Source of the DNA: Verrucomicrobiota bacterium
GTDB lineage: Bacteria > Verrucomicrobiota > Lentisphaeria > Lentisphaerales > Lentisphaeraceae
Length of the DNA stretch: 64,000 nucleotides
Assembly: GCA_039798785.1 (NCBI GenBank)
Contig: JBDKFG010000020.1
Span: 1-64,000, forward strand
Direction: 5' to 3'
Under the pieces are notes generated by a model. It was not told the origin of the DNA. It worked only from the letters and a program-made list of their open reading frames with translations, and searched no databases. Below, in pieces: positions 22,747 to 30,924 of this stretch. The position numbers and the translations under genes were made by a program. Numbering within the stretch: the first letter of the stretch is position 1; the number at the start of each line of letters is the position of its first letter.

Positions 22747-25694
22747 ACGAGATGAACGATCCGGAAATGATCGGAGCCTTTGTCGAGGAGGCCAAGGAGC
22801 AGCTTGAAGTCTTGAGCCGCTGCATTCTTGAATTGGAGCGAGGCACTGCTTCTGTCGGGACGGTGGACATCATGTTTCGGGCCGCCCACTCGATCAAAGG
22901 AGCCGCGGGCTTCCTCGAATTTACTGAGACAGTGGGGCTTACACACCGCCTAGAGACTGTCCTCGATCAGGTGCGCAAGGGGAAATTCGGATTCTCCCCC
23001 CCGGTGCTGGAGGGCTGTCTGCGCGCGGCCGACACACTCCTGGCTGTGATGGAGCGGATCAGCAGCAGCGGCAGTGAAGCGGGCGCGGACATGCACTCGG
23101 CATTGACTGCGATGGACGCCATACTGGCGATGCAGGACGTCGCGATTTCTGCGCAGTATCAAATCCAGTCGCTGCCCCGGCAGGTCAGCCTTTTGCCAGA
23201 ATCGAAGCTCAGCATCACTTTGCCCAACAACAGGGGAAAGCTAAGAATACCGCCCTGGGCAAGTGGGCAGATCCAAGCCCTGCACACTGAAGTGATCATC
23301 GAAGCCGCTGAGAATGGCGAGGCTGCCTGGCTGCTTCACGTCGAGCTGAAAAAACTCTTCCGTCCAGGGTATGACCCTCTCGACATGCACGCCCTTCTCA
23401 GCCGCAGAGTCTCTTCCATCTTCACCTTTACCTGCTTCCCCAAGGAGTTTGATCTGTTTGGTCCGCTGGAGGCTCTCGGCGGCCATCTGATTTTGCTCAT
23501 CTTCACCAAGTCAGACATCACAGCCCTACTCAATGCCGTCGATGCTCCGGATTTGGAAGCTTGCCAGATCAGCGAGGATGAACCGGTGCACGTCTCCTTC
23601 CGGCGCAGCGCCGATGACAGCGAGCTTCTTGCTGTCATCCCTGAAATGGTTCCCAACATCGCGGCTTGGGCATCGTACATGCAAGAGACTTTATCGCTCC
23701 TCGATCATCTTCTGATGGATCTGGAGAAGGGCGCGATGGGGATGAAGCCGGAAGTCTTTCGACATCTGCACAGCCTGAAAAGCGCCGCTGCTGCCATGGG
23801 CTTGCGCAGCCTCACCAGGATCAGTCATCAATGCGAAAGCCTGCTCAGCAGCGATTGGCAGAAGAGTGCCGAAGATGCGGCCCGCCGCTGCCGGGTTCTG
23901 TTTCTCGGGAAGGATCTGATGGCACTGGGCGTGGAAAGGGTCGAAGCCGGCGTCTTTACTCCTTTGGATTGCAGAGAATTCGAAAAGGAGATTCAGTCGT
24001 TCCTCCAGCGTAGTTCCTCTGGAGAGCAGTCCGTCTTGCCGCGGAAAGAAAGCTCGGATCTTTCCGGAACGACGCAGTCATCGCTTGCCAGTCCTCCGGA
24101 AGGCGTGAAAAAAGCTCGCGACAAGGGATTGCATGTCTATCATGTCCTTTTGCGCCTGGAAAAGGATGTGCCTATGCCGGATCTGCGACTGTACATGGCT
24201 TGTAAGCAGGCTGCCGATCTGGGGGAGATCCTGCAGGCGAAACCTGCGATCGAAGCCCTCGAGGCGGGGCTGCCGGATATCGCCGGGATGGAGCTCATCT
24301 ATGCCAGCTCATTCCCGGCGGAAAAGCTGAAGGCAAGCTTCCAGGTCGACCAGATCGCCGAGGTGCGGATCGAAGACTTGCCGGTGATCCCTTCCGCGCC
24401 GGATCCCAGCGCGCCCAAGGTGGCAGGGAGACAGCCTCAGGACGCAGTTAAAGCACCCGGGGTCAACACCGAGACAGTGCGAGTCGACGCCGCCCGCTTG
24501 GATCAGTTGCTCAACACCGTCGGAGAAATGGTCATCGCTCGTGCCCGTGTCAGCAGCCTCAGCGACAGCATCACGCAAGCGATCCAGGTGATCACCGGCC
24601 GTCGCGGCACGGCCGCGGCGGATGAGGCCGTCCTGCAATTGCGGGATGCGGCGGCGCGCCTCGGGGAGGCGGTGCAGGAGCTTGGGCGCCACAGCGGCAC
24701 TTTGCAGAATGCGGTGATGAAAGCCCGCATGGTGCCGGTGGCGCCTCTCTTCCAACGTTTCCAGCGCCTCGTCCGTGATGTCAGCAAGGAGTGCGGCAAG
24801 CAAGCTTGCCTGAGATTGCGAGGGGAATCAATCGAGCTGGATAAGAAGATCATCGACGAATTGGTCGACCCATTGACACACCTGATCCGCAATTCGATCG
24901 ACCACGGTCTGGAGTCCCCGGACATTCGCAGGCAGAGGGGCAAGGACAGCGAAGGCACGGTTCTTCTCGAGGCTTTCCACCAGGGGGGGCGGGTCTGCAT
25001 CCGCTGTTCCGACGACGGTGCCGGCATCGCGATCGAAAGGGTGCGCGCGAAAGCGGTCGAGAAGAGCTTGATTTCGGCCGAGGCTGCAGCCAGGCTGAGT
25101 GTCGAGGAGGTCCATGAGCTGATCTTCATGCCTGGCTTCTCCACGGCGGCGAAACTCAGCAACATCTCCGGGCGAGGGGTCGGGATGGACATCGTCCGCA
25201 CCAAAGTTCAGCAATTGAAGGGCAGCATCAACATTGAATCGGAAGAAGGCAAGGGCAGTGCCTTCCTGATCAGCCTCCCTCTGACCCTGGCGATGATCGA
25301 CAGCCTTCTGGTCAGTCTCGGCGGCGTGCGCTACGCATTCCCTCTTTCGTCCGTCAGGGAGATCATCGAATTTCAGCCTTCCGAAGTCCATGTCGTCGCT
25401 CCCGGCAGCCGGGTCATACGCATCCGCGAGGAATTTGCGACCATGCTGGATCCTCAAGCTCAATTCGGCATGGCTTTAGGGATCATACCCGGCCCGGTGC
25501 GAAGAGCCGTGATCCTGAAAGGCCGCGGTCAGGCACGGGCCTTCCCGGTCGACCAGGTGCTCGGCAGCCAGGAGATCGTCGTCAAGCCTCTGCCTCCTGA
25601 ATTCGCAGATGTCCGCGGCATTTCGGGCGCGACGGTCCTCGGCGACGGTGGCATCGCCCTGATCTTCGATGCCGAAACTCTCAGCAGTTCCTGA
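22743..25694 (+). CDS. cheA: Chemotaxis histidine kinase CheA with duplicated Hpt region
   Basis: FRAAHSIKG, second FRHLHSLKS, HLIRNSIDHG, SGRGVGMD, C-terminal CheW-like domain. Confidence 0.95.
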   Translation: MNEMNDPEMIGAFVEEAKEQLEVLSRCILELERGTASVGTVDIMFRAAHSIKGAAGFLEFTETVGLTHRLETVLDQVRKGKFGFSPPVLEGCLRAADTLLAVMERISSSGSEAGADMHSALTAMDAILAMQDVAISAQYQIQSLPRQVSLLPESKLSITLPNNRGKLRIPPWASGQIQALHTEVIIEAAENGEAAWLLHVELKKLFRPGYDPLDMHALLSRRVSSIFTFTCFPKEFDLFGPLEALGGHLILLIFTKSDITALLNAVDAPDLEACQISEDEPVHVSFRRSADDSELLAVIPEMVPNIAAWASYMQETLSLLDHLLMDLEKGAMGMKPEVFRHLHSLKSAAAAMGLRSLTRISHQCESLLSSDWQKSAEDAARRCRVLFLGKDLMALGVERVEAGVFTPLDCREFEKEIQSFLQRSSSGEQSVLPRKESSDLSGTTQSSLASPPEGVKKARDKGLHVYHVLLRLEKDVPMPDLRLYMACKQAADLGEILQAKPAIEALEAGLPDIAGMELIYASSFPAEKLKASFQVDQIAEVRIEDLPVIPSAPDPSAPKVAGRQPQDAVKAPGVNTETVRVDAARLDQLLNTVGEMVIARARVSSLSDSITQAIQVITGRRGTAAADEAVLQLRDAAARLGEAVQELGRHSGTLQNAVMKARMVPVAPLFQRFQRLVRDVSKECGKQACLRLRGESIELDKKIIDELVDPLTHLIRNSIDHGLESPDIRRQRGKDSEGTVLLEAFHQGGRVCIRCSDDGAGIAIERVRAKAVEKSLISAEAAARLSVEEVHELIFMPGFSTAAKLSNISGRGVGMDIVRTKVQQLKGSINIESEEGKGSAFLISLPLTLAMIDSLLVSLGGVRYAFPLSSVREIIEFQPSEVHVVAPGSRVIRIREEFATMLDPQAQFGMALGIIPGPVRRAVILKGRGQARAFPVDQVLGSQEIVVKPLPPEFADVRGISGATVLGDGGIALIFDAETLSSS

Positions 25695-25717
25695 AAACCC
25701 TCAGCCCGGGACAAGCG

Positions 25718-26305
25718 ATGAACATCACTAAAATCCTCGGTGAAATCGCACTGGTGGCCCATCTCGGCGCCGAGAAAGCGAGTTCTGCCTTGAGCTCCTT
25801 CACTGGTCAGCAGATCAGCGTCCGGGTCGACAGCGTCAACCTCTTGCCGCTGGAGGAGCTGGCCGATGAACTAGGCGGTGACGATTGTGTTCTCATCATC
25901 CTCCACTCTTGGATAAAGGGGCGCATGTCGGGCCAGGCCATGCTGGTCTTTGAGGAGCCGGCGGCAGCCGGTCTGGTACGGGTTTTCGACTGCGATCCAT
26001 CAGGCTGGGGGGAGATGGAGCGCTCGATGATGGAGGAGACGGCCAACATCGCCATATCTTCATTCATGAACAGCCTCTCCGCTCATCTCGGCATGAGCTG
26101 CATCCCGCAACCGCCTCTTTTCATTCATGACCTTGGCGGCGCGATCATCGCGTCAGCCGCCGCCGAAAGCGCCATCTTCGGCGACCGCCTGATCCGCTAC
26201 GCCGTGCGCTTCTCCTGCAACGACAAGGATCTTGCGGTCAACCTCTTCTTCATGCCGAGTTCGGAAAGCCTGGAGAATTTCGAAGGCGAGGTGGCCCATG
26301 GGTGA
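25718..26305 (+). CDS. cheC: CheC-family phosphatase
   Basis: E-x-x-N site 'EETANIAISSFMNSLS..LG'; adjacent to cheD. Confidence 0.85.
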   Translation: MNITKILGEIALVAHLGAEKASSALSSFTGQQISVRVDSVNLLPLEELADELGGDDCVLIILHSWIKGRMSGQAMLVFEEPAAAGLVRVFDCDPSGWGEMERSMMEETANIAISSFMNSLSAHLGMSCIPQPPLFIHDLGGAIIASAAAESAIFGDRLIRYAVRFSCNDKDLAVNLFFMPSSESLENFEGEVAHG

Positions 26306-26789
26306 TTCAGGGCCCAAGATCCTCAAGGTTTTGATCGGACAGGTGCATTTGACTCGTCCGCCGAACCTGATGGAGGCGGTGCTCGGCTCTTGCGTCGGGG
26401 TCGCGATCTACGATGAAAAGGACGGCATCGCCGGTCTGGCGCATGTCTTCCTGCCGGATTCCTCTGGCAAGGCGGTGCAGTCTCTGCCAGGAAAATACGC
26501 AGATCAAGCTGTTGAGAGCCTGGTGGAAGGCATCCGCAGCCATGGCGGCAGCGGCAAGCTTCGCGCCAAGATCGCCGGCGGAGCGCGGATGTTCGGGCCC
26601 GCCAAAGACGGTTCTCCCCCGGATGTTGGCACCCTCAACATCGCAGCCACCCGCGAAGCGCTGAAACGTTTCGACATTCCGATCATGGGGGCCGACACCG
26701 GAGGGACCTGCGGGCGACGTGTTTGTTTCAATCCCGCCAACCGGGAATACCTTGTCGAGAGCTTCAACAACGAGAGGCGGATCCTATGA
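26298..26789 (+). CDS. cheD: Chemoreceptor deamidase CheD
   Basis: LGSCVG..., AHVFLP, KYAD, KIAGGA.MF, DTGG..GR. Confidence 0.93.
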   Translation: MGDSGPKILKVLIGQVHLTRPPNLMEAVLGSCVGVAIYDEKDGIAGLAHVFLPDSSGKAVQSLPGKYADQAVESLVEGIRSHGGSGKLRAKIAGGARMFGPAKDGSPPDVGTLNIAATREALKRFDIPIMGADTGGTCGRRVCFNPANREYLVESFNNERRIL

Positions 26790-27055
26790 AAAGCTGCACC
26801 ATTCCTCTGACCGGCCTGATTGAATTCAATCAAGCGGAGGAAATCACCCTGCGCGTCAGGCTGGCTCTTCGCGGCGGCGTCACAAATATCACCTTCTCCT
26901 GCGACGAGTCGACTCATATCCAGTCTCCCGAGTTCATCGTCTTCCTGGAAGGCGTCCGGCGCCAACTCGGAGATCAAATGAGCTTCTCCGGTGTTCGCGG
27001 CCATGCACGGCGGATTCTCTCCCTCTTCAATTTCGAGCCCCATTTCCGAGGTTGA
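26786..27055 (+). CDS. Small STAS-like protein
   Basis: 89 aa, ATGA-coupled; 'FSCDESTHIQS...VRGHARRILSLFNFEPHF' fits a STAS pattern. Confidence 0.55.
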   Translation: MKSCTIPLTGLIEFNQAEEITLRVRLALRGGVTNITFSCDESTHIQSPEFIVFLEGVRRQLGDQMSFSGVRGHARRILSLFNFEPHFRG

Positions 27056-27058
27056 CTC

Positions 27059-27433
27059 ATGCTCAGAATTTTAGTCGTCGACGACGCCATCTTCATGCGC
27101 AAGCTGATCAAAGACGCCCTCGCCCCCTTGGGCGTCGAAATCGTCGGCGAAGCCAGCAATGGCCAGATCGGCCTCGAGCTGTTCCACCGCCTCAAGCCGG
27201 ATCTCGTCACTCTCGATATCGTCATGCCGGGGATGGACGGTCTGCAGGCTCTGGAGGCCATCCGGAAGACCCATCCGAAATTCCCCGTCATCATGATCAG
27301 CGCTCTGGATCAGCGTGAACAGATGCTGAAGGCGATGAATCTTGGAGCCTCCGAATTCATCATCAAGCCGTTTGATCATGCACGGGTCGCCAGTGCCGTC
27401 AACAACGCGTTGCAGCGCAGCCGGGAAGCTTGA
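27059..27433 (+). CDS. cheY: Chemotaxis response regulator CheY
   Basis: VVDD..FMR, TLDIVMP, FIIKPF; single receiver domain. Confidence 0.92.
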   Translation: MLRILVVDDAIFMRKLIKDALAPLGVEIVGEASNGQIGLELFHRLKPDLVTLDIVMPGMDGLQALEAIRKTHPKFPVIMISALDQREQMLKAMNLGASEFIIKPFDHARVASAVNNALQRSREA

Positions 27434-27545
27434 TAAGTTCCAAGATTCTCGCCGGGGCCGCCTTGCACAGGCGGCTCCGCCGTGTAATTTCCGGCCCTTC
27501 CGCATCATGACGGAACAAGCAAACAGCAAACAAGGAAAAACGACA

Positions 27546-28187
27546 ATGGCCATCTCGCTCACCGCGACGAAACGGGAAGTAGTCGGCAAGCGCGTCCGCG
27601 GTCTCCGCCGCAACGGAATCGTCCCCTGCCAGGTCTACGGCAAGACCACCAAGAACTTCGAGATCCAAGTCTCGGAAGACGATATCAAGCTCGCCCTCAA
27701 AGCCGCCGGCACCACCCGTCTGATCAATCTCTCCGTCGAAGGCAAGACCTACCCCGTCCTCGCCCGCGAAATCGTCCGCACCCTCGACCAGAAGCACTTC
27801 GTGCACGTCGACTTCTTCGCGGTTGACTCGGACACTCCGGTCCGCGCCGTCGTCCCCCTCGTCGTCAAGGGCGACTCGCCCCTCGTCGCCCAGGGCGGCG
27901 TGCTGGTCACCCCCGTTTCGACCTTGAAGATCACCTGCCTGCCGAAGGATCTGCCCGAATCTCTTGAGATCGACGCTTCTTCGCTTGTCAGCTTCAAGGA
28001 CATGGTCACTGCCGGCAACATCAAAGTTCCGGCCGGCATCAAGGTCACCACCGGTGCCCGCACCACCCTGGCCTACGTCTCGCAGACTCGCGCCACCAAA
28101 GCCGCTGAAGAAGCTGCCAAGGCCGCCGCGGCTCCTGCCGCCAAGGGCAAGGCTCCCGCCGCCAAAGCCGCTCCCGCCAAGAAGTGA
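27546..28187 (+). CDS. rplY: 50S ribosomal protein L25/Ctc
   Basis: LRRNGIVP..VYG, HVDFF, LPKDLPE; Ala/Lys-rich tail. Confidence 0.93.
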   Translation: MAISLTATKREVVGKRVRGLRRNGIVPCQVYGKTTKNFEIQVSEDDIKLALKAAGTTRLINLSVEGKTYPVLAREIVRTLDQKHFVHVDFFAVDSDTPVRAVVPLVVKGDSPLVAQGGVLVTPVSTLKITCLPKDLPESLEIDASSLVSFKDMVTAGNIKVPAGIKVTTGARTTLAYVSQTRATKAAEEAAKAAAAPAAKGKAPAAKAAPAKK

Positions 28188-28207
28188 TTCTTCGGTGTGC
28201 CTGAAAG

Positions 28208-28234
28208 ACCGGCAGCTTCGGCTGCCGGTTTTTT
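28208..28234 (+). terminator. Rho-independent terminator of rplY
   Basis: accggcagc-ttcg-gctgccggt-ttttt. Confidence 0.92.
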
Positions 28235-28282
28235 CGTCTGCAGTTCCGTTCCGGCAGGCGCCAAGTGCGTCTTTCTCGTTTG

Positions 28283-28503
28283 AACCTAAAAACCGCAGTA
28301 GAGCAGCGGAACCGGGTTGAAAGGTTGAAGGGTTGAAACGCAAACAATTGAACAATAATAACAAGCAATGAATTTGTGCTACCAGAAAGACTTGAGGGTC
28401 CTGAGCTTTGCCAAGAGTCCTTCGGATATCATAACCTATTGCTGTTATAGCTAAAACTTACAAGCTTTGAACCTTCCAACCTTTCAACTGCGGTTTTTAG
28501 GTT
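28283..28503. mobile_element. Family-A MITE/REPIN-like element (221 bp) with perfect 17-bp terminal inverted repeats
   Basis: AACCTAAAAACCGCAGT (28283-28299) / ACTGCGGTTTTTAGGTT (28487-28503); internal GGTTGAAA and TTCAACC arrays; homologue at 58861-59075. Confidence 0.8.
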
Positions 28504-28558
28504 GAATCTTCTTTGACAACTCTTAGCTTGCCGGGTGTAGAATCCAGGAAAACCTCCC

Positions 28559-29182
28559 ATGCTTTGTATCGTCGACTACGGCGCCGGCAATCTGTGCAGC
28601 GTCGAGCTGGCTTTCCGCCGCCTCGGCATCCCCTGCCAGGTGAGCGCCGATCCCGCTGTTCTGGCTCGTGCCAGCCGCATCGTCTTTCCCGGCGTCGGCG
28701 CCGCCGGCAGCGCGATGCGCGAATTGCGCTCGCGGCAGCTTGCCGACGCCATCCGCCAGGCTGCAGCAGAGAAGCCTTTCCTCGGCATCTGCCTCGGCAC
28801 CCAGATCATCCTCGAATCCTCCGAAGAGGACGGCGGCGTCCCTTGCCTCGGCATCGTTCCCGGCGCCTGCCCGCGATTCCGCTTCCCCGAGGGCGTCCGT
28901 GCCACCGTGCCGCACATGGGATGGAACGCCGTCTGCCGCAGCCGCGAACACGCCCTGTTCGCCGAGATCCCGCAGGACGCCAACTTCTACTTTGTCCATT
29001 CCTACTTCCCGCAGCCGCAGGAAGCGAGCGACATTCTCGCCGTCACCGAGCACGGTGGGCTCCGTTTCTGCTCCGCCATCGCCAGAGGCCGGCTCGTCGC
29101 CACTCAGTTTCACCCCGAGAAGTCCGGCCGATTCGGACTCCAGGTGCTCGCCAATTTCGCCGAATGGGACGGGAGGTCCTGA
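28559..29182 (+). CDS. hisH: Imidazole glycerol phosphate synthase, glutaminase subunit
   Basis: DYGAGN, PGVG, GICLG, PHMGWN, YFVHSY, QFHPEKS. Confidence 0.97.
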   Translation: MLCIVDYGAGNLCSVELAFRRLGIPCQVSADPAVLARASRIVFPGVGAAGSAMRELRSRQLADAIRQAAAEKPFLGICLGTQIILESSEEDGGVPCLGIVPGACPRFRFPEGVRATVPHMGWNAVCRSREHALFAEIPQDANFYFVHSYFPQPQEASDILAVTEHGGLRFCSAIARGRLVATQFHPEKSGRFGLQVLANFAEWDGRS

Positions 29183-29183
29183 C

Positions 29184-29960
29184 ATGCTCAATAAACGCGT
29201 CATCGTCTGCCTGGATGTCCGCAACGGCAAGGTCACCAAGGGGGTGAAGTTCGAAGGCAATGTCGACATCGGCGACCCGGTCGAGATGGGCCGCGGCTAT
29301 GCCGAATCCGGCGTCGACGAACTGGTCTTCTACGACATCACCGCTTCTGCCGAAGGGCGCCCGATCGATCTGGAGATGGTTCGCCGGGTCGCGGCCGAAG
29401 TCTTCATTCCTTTTTCGGTCGGCGGCGGCATTCGCGACGAGAACGACATGAGGGCGGTGCTTCTCGCCGGGGCGGAGAAAGTCTCGGTCAACTCCTTGGC
29501 CGTGCGCAAGCCGCAGATCATCAGTGCCGGCGCGGAGATTTACGGACGCCAGTGCGTGGTTCTTGGCATGGATGTGCGCCGGACGCAAGATCCTGCCTTC
29601 CCTTCCGGCCTGCAGGTCGTGGTCAAGGGTGGTCGCGAGCCGACCGCTGTCGACGCGGTCGACTGGGCCCGTCGCGCCGAGGATCTCGGCGCCGGCGAAA
29701 TCTGCGTCAACTCGATCGATGCCGATGGCACCAAGGAGGGGTATGACCTGCTCGCCACCCGCCTGATCGCCGACGCGGTGGAAATTCCTGTGATCGCCTC
29801 CGGTGGCGCCGGCACCCCGGCTCACCTCGCCGCCGTCCTAAAGGAGACACGAGCCGAGGCGGCCCTGGTCGCTTCGATGGTCCATTACGGAACCTACAGC
29901 ATTCCGCAGATCAAAGAGGAATTGCGCCGCCATCGCGTTGCCGTTCGGATGGACTGGTAG
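29184..29960 (+). CDS. hisF: Imidazole glycerol phosphate synthase, cyclase subunit
   Basis: [41 protein letters not shown]. Confidence 0.97.
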   Translation: MLNKRVIVCLDVRNGKVTKGVKFEGNVDIGDPVEMGRGYAESGVDELVFYDITASAEGRPIDLEMVRRVAAEVFIPFSVGGGIRDENDMRAVLLAGAEKVSVNSLAVRKPQIISAGAEIYGRQCVVLGMDVRRTQDPAFPSGLQVVVKGGREPTAVDAVDWARRAEDLGAGEICVNSIDADGTKEGYDLLATRLIADAVEIPVIASGGAGTPAHLAAVLKETRAEAALVASMVHYGTYSIPQIKEELRRHRVAVRMDW

Positions 29961-30065
29961 TTCTTGCGCATCGGCTCCGTCAATGCTGATCATTGACGGA
30001 ATCCTGCATGTCGCTGGCCTTCGCGAGTGCAGATTGTCTCCAGGAAAACCCCGGAGAAAATCACC

Positions 30066-30920
30066 ATGGATGCCCTGCCCGAAGTTCCTCCCGCCTTGAC
30101 GATGCCTAACTGGCTGGGGCCGACCCTTGGCGGGCGGCAGTTCTGGCTTGATCTGGAGGAGCGTGGAGCCTGTCGTCTGCAGCAGAACCGGATCACGGGA
30201 TTGTGCCGGATCCTTGATGGTGACGATCGCCGCCTGGCCTGGGGCAGTCTAGCAGCCTGCCGCGAGGAATGGAGGCGGATCCGCGCGGCTGCGGCGGCAG
30301 GAAAGCCGAGGACCTTCGTGCTCGTTCATGGGCTGGCCCGGACGAGGGGGAGTTTCCGCGCCTGCCGCAAATTTCTCGAGGCGGAGGGCGCGAACTGTCT
30401 GAGTTTCGGCTATCCGAGCCTGTTTTTGAAGCCTGAAGATGCCGCGGCGGCCTTGGGCGATTTCATCGCCGTCTCGGCGCCTGAGGGGGATCTGGTTCTG
30501 ATCGGCCACAGTCTGGGCGGGCTGCTCGGGCGGCGGCTGCTGGATTCCTCTTTGTCGCCACGCATCCTCGCCGTGATCAGTCTTGGCGCCCCGCATGAAG
30601 GTTGTCCGGCGGCCGATCAGCTGGCCAATACGCCTTTGTCTTGGCTTGGCGGACCGGCGGCGTCCCGGCTGAACACATTGCCCGGCGCCTGGGCGCGAGG
30701 TCTGCCGCGGGATCCCAGGCTGATCTGCTGCGCCGGCGTCTCTGGTGATCACCCCTGGCCGCCATATCTCGACAGGCGCGGCGACGGGTTGGTGCCACCG
30801 GATTCCGCGGCGCCGTCCTGGGCGGAACAATCGTTGCGGATCCGGGCCAGCCACACCTTCCTGATGGATCAGGAGGAGAGCCGTCGCCTGATGCGAGCAT
30901 GGATACCGAAAGGATCCTGA
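30066..30920 (+). CDS. Alpha/beta hydrolase (lipase/esterase-like) with N-terminal extra module
   Basis: VLVHG, GHSLG nucleophile elbow, GDGLVP, SHTF. Confidence 0.85.
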   Translation: MDALPEVPPALTMPNWLGPTLGGRQFWLDLEERGACRLQQNRITGLCRILDGDDRRLAWGSLAACREEWRRIRAAAAAGKPRTFVLVHGLARTRGSFRACRKFLEAEGANCLSFGYPSLFLKPEDAAAALGDFIAVSAPEGDLVLIGHSLGGLLGRRLLDSSLSPRILAVISLGAPHEGCPAADQLANTPLSWLGGPAASRLNTLPGAWARGLPRDPRLICCAGVSGDHPWPPYLDRRGDGLVPPDSAAPSWAEQSLRIRASHTFLMDQEESRRLMRAWIPKGS

Positions 30921-30924
30921 TCGC

